DNA of 63,003 bases, filler included, from Octopus bimaculoides (lineage: Eukaryota), in the NCBI RefSeq assembly GCF_001194135.2. It is 7 parts of 5 records of this genome, joined end to end, with 100 filler letters (N's around TTAATTAATTAA, not from the genome) between each part and the next. Parts side by side here need not be neighbours in the genome. Positions count along the whole stretch, not along the records: positions 35,114 to 45,750 come from NC_068985.1; positions 45,851 to 50,812 come from NC_068996.1; 5 more parts are not named here. One strand, 5' to 3'. The translations under genes and the position numbers were made by a program. Positions 37,041 through 47,714 of the stretch are shown one piece after another. Numbering within the stretch: position 1 is the first letter of the stretch; the number at the start of each line of letters is the position of its first letter. The notes beneath the pieces are model-generated. The model was not told where the DNA came from and did not search any database. It saw only the letters and a program-made list of their open reading frames with translations.

Positions 37041-37735
37041 CCTTTCCACTGTTGGTGCAAGGCCTGAAATTTTGGTACGTAATTTATCGACCCCGAAAGG
37101 CTGAAAGGCAAAGTCGACCTCGATGGAAAATTAAAATAATAATTTCAAAATTTGCCACAAGAGCAGAATGTGGGTGGTGGGGATGAGCCGATTACATCGA
37201 CCCCAGTGTTCAACTGGTACTTATTTTATCGACCCCGAAAGGATGAAAGACAAAGTTGACCTCGGCGGAATTTGAAGTCAGAACGTAAAGACAGACGAAA
37301 TACCTATTTCGTTATTGCCCACAAGGGGATAAACATAGAGGGGACAAACAAGAACAGACGAACGGATTAAGTCGATTACATCGACTCCAGTGCATAACTG
37401 GTACTTAATTTATCGACCCCGAAAGGATGAAAGGCAAAGTCGACCTCGGCGGAATTTGAACTCAGAACGTAAAGACACGAAATACCGCTAAGCATTTCGA
37501 CCAGCGCGCTAACGATTCTGCCAGCTCGCCGCCTTAACCAAAATAATAATAATAATAATAATAATCTTTTCTACTCTAGGCACAAGGCCCGAAATTTTTG
37601 GGGGGAGGGGACTAGTCGATTAGATCGACCCCAGTACGCAACAGGTACTTAATTTATCGACCCCCAACAGGATGAAAGGCAAAGTCGACCTCGGCGGAAT
37701 TTGAACTCAGAACAGACGAAATACCGCTAAGCATA
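37041..37735 (-). mobile_element. Cluster of four SINE-1 units in an (AAT)n tract (tails B, C, A, B in plus-strand order)
   Basis: The core atcgaccccgaaagg(a/c)tgaaag(g/a)caaagt(c/t)gacctcg occurs at about 37087, 37229, 37413 and 37657, each with a different adjacent tail. Confidence 0.9.
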
Positions 37736-37747
37736 TTGCTTTCTTGC

Positions 37748-37748
<1 letters not shown>

Positions 37749-37780
<32 letters not shown>

Positions 37781-37819
37781 TGTTGTTGTTGTTGTAGCAG
37801 CAGCAGCAGCAGTAGTAGC

Positions 37820-37862
<43 letters not shown>
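37749..37862. repeat. Compound (GTA)n(GTT)n(GCA)n(GTA)n array
   Basis: Direct runs. Confidence 0.9.
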
Positions 37863-37864
<2 letters not shown>

Positions 37865-38355
37865 ATTGTTTAAAGCTCTGGTTCAGAGTTATACTCAGAG
37901 TCTGGGCGGCCAACGTTTGGATAGCTGGAATGATGACGGTGTTAACATTTCTTTGCGCGTCAGCATCATTCATATTTGTAGAGCATGCGCAAAACCCTGA
38001 AATGAATCGCAGCGTTCTTGAAAACTGCAATACTGCATAAAAGTTCTCCCTGTGTTCAGTTATTTTCCATTTTTTTTTTTTTTCATGCCAGGTCGCCTTC
38101 ATTTCGGAGAACACAGTCGGCCATAAGATTTTCAATATTTAATTTTTTTTTCTCTCTAAATTATATACTTTAAGCATAGGGAATTGCGATAATTGAAAAA
38201 AGAAAAAGAACAAAAAAGAAATTCTATTTTTTTAAATTATTCCTCAACAATCTCTTTAATGCATATGGCTTCATAATCTTTGTTACATAAATATTCATAT
38301 ACATGTGTGTGTGGGTGTGCGTAATATACATATACATGTGCATGTGTACGCGTGC

Positions 38356-38403
<48 letters not shown>

Positions 38404-38575
38404 ATATGTGTTTAAGTATACATACACATAATATAGATAAATTTAATATAGACGCCATATTAACAAAATAGGTGAGAGAATATAAAATGGAATTTCTGGA
38501 AATACCTACAATCATGGATATAATGGATAGATACATAGATAGATTGATAGACAGATACGCATGCATGTATAAATG

Positions 38576-38630
<55 letters not shown>

Positions 38631-39351
38631 CTGTTATAATGACATCAAAGTCACGATGCCAGTGCAATCTACCCGGCCTTGACTCCACTTATGCGGATAT
38701 TCTCACCATGATTTTTAATAGTTTGTTACATTTGATTCGAGATGAAAATTCTGGTACTGTGCATTGCTTCTTAGAGCAACTCGATATATATATAACTCGT
38801 CTGGTGGATTAGCGTAATCCTCAGGCTGTGCTCACATGGTATAACAAGCTAAAAACAAGACGATATGATGAGAGAAAGAACGAGAAAAGCGAGAAAAGCG
38901 AGAAAAGGCTAGAAGGTAGTAAGTTAAAATATCGGAAAACGAAAAGAAGGGTCTTTTTTCTTTTAACCAGCCATCGTTTACATCTACTTCCTTCTCACCA
39001 TATGTCGGTTTTTTTTTATCTCATTCTATCGTCCTGTTTTTAGCTTGCGATACTATGAAGGCACAAACCGAGGATTGTGCTAAAACACCAGACGTGTCTA
39101 AAAAAACTGAGTTGCTTTCATTGCATGAAACTGTTAGTAGCTCATAAAAACATATATTGTGTTTATTAAATCATATTTATCTCTCACCGGATGGAATACT
39201 TTCTTTATTGATGTTACCATCATGGAACAGTACACTATATAGTCAATCCAAACATGAACAAGTAAGAAAAAACACGAAAAAACAACAACGCGAGGACGTG
39301 GAATAAGTACAGTGTTATTGGACACTCAGGAAAGAAAAGGAAAGAAAGAGG

Positions 39352-39386
39352 ATTTTACGTTTCGAGCGGAGCTCTTGATCAGAAAT
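39352..39386 (-). ncRNA. Minimal type I hammerhead ribozyme motif (one core substitution)
   Basis: Minus strand attt-CTGATCA-a-gagc tcc gctc-GAAA-cg-TA-aaat. Stem I is attt/aaat, stem II has 4 bp, stem III is the palindrome ACGU, and the site is GUA. G8 is replaced by C. Confidence 0.6.
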
Positions 39387-39409
39387 ATAGGAAAAGGGAG
39401 AGAGAGCGA

Positions 39410-40350
39410 GTGAGAGAACGATATCAAGTTTATTGCGTCTGTAACGGGTTTCTCTGGAATCTTCCACCAATATTCTCTATTGTGAATGGATACATTCTGG
39501 TTTTGGTGAGCCTTTGTATGACTGCAAATGATTTTGACAACGCTGTCAGCTTTCGTGAAGTTCTTAGCCTGCAGACATTCTGCAACAGCTACTATTGATG
39601 AGCGTGATATTTTCCTTAATTGTATGCCATAATCGACGAATTCTATCACAATGTAAAGAGTTTGGAGCGTTCTTATCTTTCTTATTCATCAAATGTTTGA
39701 TAACTACCTTCTGTTTCTGATGAATAAAGATTTATCCTTTTAGGTGGAATGTGATGCAATTTACAAATGAGATTGCTCACCTTATGAATTTTGTTGGTAT
39801 TCTCTAGCTTCTGGGATATGTGCCCATGTATGAAATTCTGCTAAATCAAATGGACAGCTGTACACTCAGTGTACCCGCATTGAAGCTCTTCATTGCTTTC
39901 ATAATATTGTTATTGTTGCGTTCACTGTTGTCTAAATACAGCATGTACTCATTTTCCCATTCATTGTTCACTGGATGTTGTGTAAGTGATACGATGCACC
40001 ACAAAAAACCGCTTGGGTTGTTCTTATGCCTCTGCTTTCGTCTCTCCGTTTAATATAGACCGTGCCAGTGTCACTGTTGATGTGTGATTTACCAGTTGTA
40101 GTTACTAGTAATTAGAATCTTCTTAGTTTCTGTCTCTAAGTTGCAGATTTCTTTAAATCTAGTGTTCCAAAGGCTGTTGTGGGCAATAGCACTGGAGAGG
40201 TATTATGATATACAATGTCATTGATATACATTTGTCATTGACTTTCAAACCTTCTGAAATCTACTGAAATATTTTTGTCGTCGTAGTTTTACAGCACCAA
40301 CTTGTGAGATATTCTCGTTAAAGTCGGGATACTAGTGGGTTTTTTACACT
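39410..40350 (-). mobile_element. Older R4/Dong-like LINE remnant (RT C-terminal region to start of REL domain)
   Basis: Minus strand with frameshifts: PVLLPTTAFGTLD..KLRR, TGKSHINSDTGTVYIKRRDESRGIR (like HPxSDxxRLYxxRxxGGRGL), ENIT..SSC.RMS, DSVVKII, EYWWKI, NKLDIVL. Confidence 0.65.
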
Positions 40351-40359
40351 AGAGACACA

Positions 40360-40685
40360 CATACTGGTACTCCGTCGGTTACGACGGCGCGAGTTCCAGT
40401 TGATCCAATCAGCGGAACGGCCTGCTCGTGAAATTAACGAGCAAGCGGCTCATCACTCCAGATATGTGTAACCTTAACGTAGTTTTCAGAGAGATTCAAC
40501 GTGATACAGGCTGTGACAAGGCTGGTCCTTTAAAATACCGGAACTACTCATTTTTACCAGCTGAGTAGACTGGAGCAACGTGAAATAAGTGTCTTGCTGA
40601 TGGACACGACGCGCCGCCGGGTATTGAACTCACATTCTTGCGATCGTGAGCCGAATACCTTACCCAGTAAGCCACGCGCCTTCAC
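40360..40685 (-). mobile_element. SINE-4 family, near full-length copy
   Basis: tRNA-like head on the minus strand at 40620-40685 (gcgtggcttactgggtaaggtattcggctcacgatcgcaagaatgtgagttcaatacc). Body shared with 46440 and 48122; tail shared with 45235-45415. Confidence 0.75.
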
Positions 40686-42509
40686 TGATAAATATACTAT
40701 TGCAAGAATGTATACATGTATGCACGTATCTGTAGAGTTGTGTATATGTGTGCATACATGCAATACGATTGCATGAGGGAATAAGTATATTTTGAGTTAA
40801 GCGAGTATACAAATACGTACGTCAGGCGCTCCATATGTGTGTATAAGTACGTACAATGTATGGATTGACCTCCGTAGGTGCGCATGTAAATACGTTTCTA
40901 TGTAATAATATAGCTGTGTGTATGTTTATGCGTGCTTGTATGTTTGTGTATCTGCGTATGTGCGTATATGTGTGCGTATATATGTGCGTGTAAGTGTGTG
41001 TTGACATGTATAGATATAACCATGATTTTATAAATAAAATCGTTTCTTTTAATTCTTTGAATATTTCGAAGAAAATTTACGTCTTTTAAACCGATACTTT
41101 TTTCACTGGAATTTAGATATCATCTGCTATGTGTATATGAGCGTACATAAATAAATATGCATATATGTATATATGTCCGCATGTAAATACATATGTGTGC
41201 TTGTATGCATGCATATAGTTATACATGTATGAATGCTTATATATGTGTAGGTATGAACGTTGTTTTTATTTTTCAAATTTATCCCCATGAGAAAGAGCTG
41301 CTTCCAAACTTTGAGACAAAGTTTTTTCAATGGAATTTACGATCAGGTGGTTACATAATAAACGTATGTATGTATGTATGTGTGCATGCATGTATGTACC
41401 AGTGCTTGAATGTGAGTGTGAAAACGTGGATATCATTGCATGTGTGGATTTCCGTATTTTCGTGGGCATACATATATTACATAAGTCTATTCGTGTTTAC
41501 ATGCACTTATTTCATCTTAAATTTCTGGAATATTCTACATATTTTCACAGTTTAAGTAATAATTTGTTACTGGAATTTTTCAATTATCCGTGTCCCTTCT
41601 GGATTTATGAAGCCCAGCTTCTCAACACTGATGCTGAGGCAGTTAATTACATAACTGTGTGACTTTATAATTATACGTATATAACTACATCTCTAGTTTG
41701 TGTAGAGTATCTGCATATTTCGTATTAGTTCACTGCAGGTGTTGCTTTCTACTTCTTTCTAACATTACGTAAATATTTAGTGGAGCACCGATTTCCCCTA
41801 CTGTGCATACTTTCTCTTCTCACTTCCAGGTTTTTATCTCTGGTTTGTTTTAATCAAATTTTGCTGAGATTTTCTTTCTCTTAAGAGACTATGCTATCCA
41901 CATCACTATAACATTTTATATTTTTATCTTCAGGGCTATTCTTATTGCAGATTGGATATTATGTTTTGGTCACAAATAAATAAATAGCATCAGGGTAGGT
42001 AATTTATCTGATTCCCTATTTGTTTTGCGTATCAGGTATTTAGATGTTGTTCCTTCTTTTAGGTTTGCTAAAACATAATCTTCAGATCGGGAGATAAAAC
42101 GACGAGTTCAAGACAGACTACTTTGGATATCTACGACTCAGTTAATGAAACTTTCTGACGATGTAGCTATGCATAACATCAACGCTATATGAAAACGTTC
42201 GTCTGATGTTCTGTTGTGGTAGACTTGCATCCTGGTTAATCACCCTCCAGATTTCTCATGGGAAGCCATTTTATTCTAATTGCTGATTGATTTCAACTGA
42301 ATTTCATGTTAATTATTTTTCTTTCTTCTAATGGTGGCCTTTCTCGCTGAAAGCCTTTAATTACTGTGTGAATGAAATCAATTTAAGTGGATCGCCTTCA
42401 CACGTACAGGAAGAAACTTCTCTTTTTGCTATCTCCGTACATTTTCGATATTATCATTTTTTAAAAATTTTCGGTCGGACAGAAGTTTAGTTACTTAATC
42501 ATTTGTATA

Positions 42510-42570
42510 TGGCGTAGTGGTTAAGAGCGCAGGTTACTAACCCCAAGATTCCGAGTTTGATTCCAGGCAG
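42510..42570 (+). mobile_element. tRNA-derived Pol III head (A and B boxes), not a complete tRNA
   Basis: tggcgtagtggttaagagcgcaggttactaaccccaagattccgagtttgattccaggcag. A box TGGCGTAGTGG, B box GAGTTTGATTCC. No intact acceptor stem seen. Confidence 0.65.
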
Positions 42571-42945
42571 CTTTCTAATTGATGTATCAATACCAGCAGA
42601 TGACAACGTTTCTCTAAAAGAACTGGAAAAACTTTCAAAATACAAAGACCTGGAAATAGAGATAACTCGAATGTGGAATCTAAAAACAGAAACAATTCCT
42701 ATCATAGTAGGTGCCTTAGGTATAATAAAAAAATATTCAGACAAATACATAACAAAAACACCAGGACTTACAAATATATATAACATACAGAAAATTGCAC
42801 TACTGGGTACTGCACACATTCTACGCAAAACACTTTCAATACAGTAACCATAAGAGCACCACAGCAAACCACAGCACATACCCAAGGCACACAGAGCTGC
42901 GCTCGGTAGTGAAGTGAAAGCACGTTATAAAAATAAAACTACTGA
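42571..42945 (+). mobile_element. 5'-truncated R4/Dong-like LINE 3' end (REL endonuclease C-terminus plus 3' UTR)
   Basis: Uninterrupted FLIDVSIPADDNVSLKELEKLSKYKDLEIEITRMWNLKTETIPIIVGALG..IQKIALLGTAHILRKTL*, then about 100 bp of UTR and (AAT)n. Confidence 0.85.
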
Positions 42946-43016
42946 ACAATAATAATAATAATAACAACATCGAAAAATACCTTAGGAATGAGAACCCAGG
43001 TTCGAAATTTCCCCAA

Positions 43017-43060
43017 GACACCTGATGAAGGCTGGAGGGTATATCAGCCGAAACTTTGTC
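43017..43060 (+). ncRNA. Type I hammerhead ribozyme motif with intact core, weak 3' stem I
   Basis: gacac-CTGATGA-a-ggctg gagggtatat cagcc-GAAA-c-tttgtc. Perfect 5-bp stem II and intact CUGAUGA/GAAA. Only 2 bp of stem I pair in this copy. Confidence 0.65.
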
Positions 43061-43779
43061 GTAAAAACAAACAAGATGAGGACAAATATCCGTCAATTGT
43101 AATTAATGTAAATAATGTATGTTAGATTGATTTCAATAGAACAATACGTTTTTCTCTGTATACCAAGTTCATGGTGACAATTTCTATTGTTTTGCATTTA
43201 TTTAGTATCATCAAGGTATTGCTAACAATTGTAGAAAGGCAATATAAATAGGCGTTTATTTGAAAAAAGGAAGATAGTCCATCTCTATCATGTGTATCGT
43301 TGATCACTGTCAGAGCATCGACTCTGTCGGTTAGATACTGTCTCTTTTTGCTGAATTTTTAGAAACGAATTAATATTTTTGTGAAACATTTAGAAATGTC
43401 TTTCAGTGGTTTGTGTCGTTCACTCAGCTCATTCACAATATGCATATTATAGTAGTTGCTACTACAACTGCCACTGGTAGAAGTGCCATGTGGCCTGTAA
43501 GACTACAGCGAGATGAAATAGGGGCTGTCTGAGCCCGTTTGTTGTACTCGGTAGCATAACTGCTGTACGGATGCATATTCTATGTGCATTGATTGTTAAT
43601 CGCACATTACTTTTACTGTTGGTACTAAATCTACACTCAGCACCCTTCTCCTTGAGTTTAAAAAGTGATTCTTGCTGGTGTAAATATTTTCCATAAAATA
43701 GTTTAACATTTAGAAAAAAAGATCTTCACCTCAAAAGGCATAATACTGTACCTAAATTTGAGGTTAGTAAACTGTTATT

Positions 43780-44210
43780 TTATGCCAGTCGTCTTCTACG
43801 ATAGAAACTTGGACAAAGTACAAAGCAATGAAAAAGAAGGTAGATAGCTTTTGAGATATGGGTCTTTTGTAAATTGGCTAGAATAAGCTGGAAGACAGGA
43901 AAAAAAAACGCTGTAATACTAGAAAAACTGAAAGACCAAATATGTTTATTGTGGAGAATCAAGAACAAAAAGCATAATATTTTGGATATACTACGTGCCA
44001 TGAATCATTGCTCCAGACCATCCTGACATAAAGCTGTGAAGGGGAAGAAAGCAAGATGCGGCCAACGGAGTTTGGTAACTGACGACATTAAAAAATGGGC
44101 CGGAAACAGGAGCTTGATTGATTCTATTCATGCAGCACAATACAGAGGGAACTAGAGAGGCTTGGCAAGTGACCCCTGGACAGAAATGGCACCTGGCTAA
44201 TGGCTGAGGA
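43780..44210 (+). mobile_element. RTE-clade LINE, post-RT region remnant
   Basis: Frameshifted ETWTKYKAMKKKVD / AFEIWVFCKLARISWK / HESLLQTIL..KGKKAR..RP...DIKKW, the typical RTE C-terminal series. Confidence 0.7.
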
Positions 44211-45234
44211 ACTTGGTTCTATGTTAATTTCTTCCCAGCATTATTCCATTCCATTCAATGAACCAAATTGTGGATCTTTTTGATATTTTATAACAATCAC
44301 TTTAGACATTACTGAGAAAAATAGCTCCAAAATATGCCCTCTGTCATTTCGATTGCTTATCACATAAGATGCTATTTGATTCTTCTGATGTTGTCTTTCT
44401 TCAATTGTTCGCCGATGTTATTGATATTTTTATCATGTCTAGCCATGTTGCTTGGTCGTGATTCTCTGCATGCAGAATTCAAGCTTAAAACAAATACAGC
44501 TATGATCCTCGATTTTTCTTTCGATTATTATTGTACCTGATCAATGATAAACTATGCATCACGACATCTGCACACCTATACTATCTCACGTGCGCTTACG
44601 TGTGTAGACGAGAAGATGTCTCTCATTGTCTTGTGTGTGAATACGTCCTTGTATTTGCTTGTACAGTTGAGTTGTGTGTACATCTGTGTGTACGCGTGCG
44701 CGTCAGTATGCATTTGTTGTGTGCATATGTGTATTTATGTGTATGTCTGAGATATAAATATACATTCCTTTGTGTATCATTGTTAAGTGTAAATGATATT
44801 TTGCAATTCTATGTGTGTGTATATGAGTGTATGCGATTCTGTGTGTGTCTGTATGTATGCATGCATGTATGAGGTTAGTAAACTGTTATATTATATTATA
44901 TTATATTATATTTATATATATATANNNNNNNNNNNNNNNNNNNNNNNNNNNNNNNNNNNNNNNNNNNNNNNNNNNNNNNNNNNNNNNNNNNNNNNNNNNN
45001 NNNNNNNNNNNNNNNNNNNNNNNNNNNNNNNNNNNNNNNNNNNNNNNNNNNNNNNNNNNNNNNNNNNNNNNNNNNNNNNNNNNNNNNNNNNNNNNNNNNN
45101 NNNNNNNNNNNNTATATAAATATATATATATATATACATATATGTGTGTGTGTGCGTGTGTGTGTGTATGTATGCATGCATGTATGTATGTATGTATGTA
45201 TGTATGTATGTATATATATATATATATTATATTA

Positions 45235-45415
45235 ATGTTAACTGGCACTTCGTCGCTTACGACGACGAGAGGGATCCAGTTCATCCGATCACGGGAACAA
45301 CCAGCTCGTGAAATTAACGTGCATGTGGTTGAGCACTCCACAGACACGTGTACCCTTAACGTAGTCCTCAGAGAGATTGAGCATGACACAGAGTATGACA
45401 AGTTTGGCCTTTTGA
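45235..45415 (-). mobile_element. SINE-4 family tail fragment
   Basis: actggcacttcgtcgcttacgacg..ccagttcatccgatc..gctcgtgaaattaacg..ccttaacgtagt..cagagagatt matches 40360-40520. Confidence 0.75.
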
Positions 45416-45452
45416 CATATGTATATACATCTATATATATATATCTATATAT

Positions 45453-45702
45453 ATAAAGTGATGGGTTGTTACACACTTAATGTGGCAGTCCCAGGAAAGG
45501 GAAGAATGTTACTGTTATTTAGCCCCAAGAAAAAACATTTCTAGTTGGCTATGTGACATAAGCATTCTGCGTCCTTAAGTTTTCGGAGAACGCTTGTGCT
45601 GCATAGCCAACTAGAAATGATGTTTCTTGGGGCTAAATAACAGTAACATTCTTCCCTTTCCTGAGACTGCCAAATTAAGTTGGCAACAAGCCATCACTTT
45701 AT
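45453..45702. repeat. 250-bp palindrome/hairpin (about 100-bp arms, 48-bp loop), MITE-like
   Basis: 45453-45553 is the near-perfect reverse complement of 45602-45702. Confidence 0.9.
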
Positions 45703-45794
45703 TGTGCTGTTACTGCATAACTCTCTCTGAGAAATTTAGAAATATAATATNNNNNNNNNNNNNNNNNNNNNNNNNNNNNNNNNNNNNNNNNNNN

Positions 45795-45806
45795 TTAATT
45801 AATTAA
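45795..45806. other. Assembly linker TTAATTAATTAA
   Basis: 44N+12+44N construct. Confidence 0.9.
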
Positions 45807-46043
45807 NNNNNNNNNNNNNNNNNNNNNNNNNNNNNNNNNNNNNNNNNNNNACAGGAAAAATTCACAACCTTCTACGTCAATAAACCACCATTGTTCTTGA
45901 ATGTTGTTTTTTATGCCTTCTACGGACTGCTCGAGGCTTACTAACTTCTTACATCAGAATCCTTGGATCTCAGATTTACATATTATATACATACATATAT
46001 ATACACACACACCCACACATACACATGCATACATACATACATA

Positions 46044-46285
46044 TATCACCTACATCATAAGCAGTTGTCTGAAAATATTATCACGGTTTTATCTGCCGAT
46101 GAGACACGATGTTGTAGATAGGACAATCTATAATGAAATCCGTCGGAAGGATAATCCCGAGGACAAAGAAATAAGAACCTACAATTTGGTAGAAGCCATA
46201 GCTACTCATAATTAAAAAGAATATTGGTGGAACGTCCAAGTGAAGATCTCATTAAAATGTAAGCACCACAGACTTTATATAGAAG
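46044..46285 (+). mobile_element. R4/Dong-like LINE remnant (same family as 22595-23225)
   Basis: ITYIISSCLKILSRFYLPMRHDVVDRTIYNEIRRKDNPEDKEIRTYNLVEAIATHN*KEYWWNVQVK. Confidence 0.85.
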
Positions 46286-46429
46286 ACCTTTTATCATGGT
46301 TTACTTAGGGTCTACTTGACCCCTTTTCATCTACTTATTTTATGTTATTTCCACTTAGATATTCAAATTGATCTTGAATAAAGGGGAGGCGGTCATGGTT
46401 GGAACTCCATTGTTTATTGATCTTTTTAA

Positions 46430-46580
46430 TTATGTCTAAGTGGAAGTACGTGGTTTATTGGTTAAGGTGTTGCACTCATGATCGTAAGGTTGTGGTTTCA
46501 GTCCCTAGACCGGGTGACATTGCGTTCTTGAGTAAAACCTTTCGTTTTACATTGCTCAAGTTCACCCACCAGGTAATAAT
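46430..46580 (+). mobile_element. SINE-4 head and body
   Basis: ggaagtacgtggtttattggttaaggtgttgcactcatgatcgtaaggttgtggtttcagtccctagaccgg. tRNA-like; close to the copy at 48111-48255. Confidence 0.75.
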
Positions 46581-46699
46581 GAGTAACTCTGCGATGAACC
46601 GCTTCCCCGTCCAATGAGGTGTGATTTACACGCCATTGAAACCGGAAAACCGGCCTTTTAATGAGTCGGCGTGACTCGAGAGGAAGACTTTACCTTTGT

Positions 46700-46850
46700 G
46701 GAGGCGCCGTCCCTTAGTGGTTAGGAGTGTTGATCTCATGATCATAAAATTGTGGTTTCGATTCCGTGACCGAGTGATGCGTTGTGTTCTTTGGCAAAAC
46801 ACTTCATTTCACGTTGTTCCAGTTCGTTCAACTGGCAAAATTGAGTAATC
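46700..46850 (+). mobile_element. SINE-4 head and body
   Basis: cttagtggttaggagtgttgatctcatgatcataaaattgtggtttcgattccgtgaccg..ttcttggcaaaacacttcatttcacgttgttccagt. Confidence 0.7.
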
Positions 46851-46954
46851 TTGGCGTCCCGCCCAGGTGGGGAAGTCATACGCCATGGAAACTGGCCCTT
46901 AAGACTCGGGAAGGACTTGGGTCTAATCAACATCTTTATTTCGGTACACGGACG

Positions 46955-47121
46955 GGATGCGGAATGCACTTTTGCCGAAGGGCAAGATGCCAAACGGACA
47001 CAATGCCAAATTGATGAATTGGTCATTAAACTATGTAGGCAGGAATGTTTTATTTTTATATTATTGTGTCCGTTCGGCTTCGTCGGCTTCGTCGGCTTCG
47101 ACAAAAATGCATTCGATATCC
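46955..47121. repeat. Imperfect inverted repeat, about 50-59-bp arms and 58-bp spacer
   Basis: ggatgcggaatgcacttttgccgaag..aacggacacaat pairs with attgtgtccgtt..cttcgacaaaaatgcattcgatatcc. The right arm has a tandem cggcttcgt unit. Confidence 0.7.
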
Positions 47122-47714
47122 AATCTGCGCACGCTTTATTTCATTTTCTTTTTTTAATGTTATTTCTGTCTACAAATATCGTTTATCATTTACTTGTTTC
47201 TGTTCCCGAATTGCGATCATGCCGGGGCATCGCCTTGGAGAGTTTTAGCGAACAAATCGACAAGAGAACCACCACCACCACCACCACACACACACACACT
47301 TTTTTTTTTGTTAAATATACTACTTATTCTATCGGGCCCTTTTGCCGAAGCGTCAAGTTACAGGAACGTTGTAAAGCGGTAGAGGGAAGGAACACAAACA
47401 CACAGCCACACACACACACACACACACACATAGACATATATTTACACAAAATAGACAGAAGTAATAGGGCATATACATTTATTTATTTATTTTGGGGTTA
47501 CAGGTGTTTAAGATATGCGTTTGGGTGCGCTTATGGTTCAACCTTATCAATCGATCGATCGNNNNNNNNNNNNNNNNNNNNNNNNNNNNNNNNNNNNNNN
47601 NNNNNNNNNNNNNNNNNNNNNNNNNNNNNNNNNNNNNNNNNNNNNNNNNNNNNNNNNNNNNNNNNNNNNNNNNNNNNNNNNNNNNNNNNNNNNNCAGTGA
47701 ATTTCAGCTATAGA

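Noticed and set aside
37041-37735. Repeat-spacer-like array suggestive of CRISPR
   Set aside because: Units are more than 100-bp SINE copies with irregular spacing in eukaryotic DNA, and there are no cas genes.
42158-42215. CTGACGA...GAAAACGTTC hammerhead-like motif
   Set aside because: No stem I pairing. The segment more likely lies in a decayed RTE fragment (DREIKRRVQ at about 42086), itself too weak to list.
42510-42570. Possible tRNA gene
   Set aside because: A and B boxes are present but there is no complete acceptor stem, and the B box is mutated. Treated as a SINE head. The same applies to SINE-1, -2 and -4 heads.
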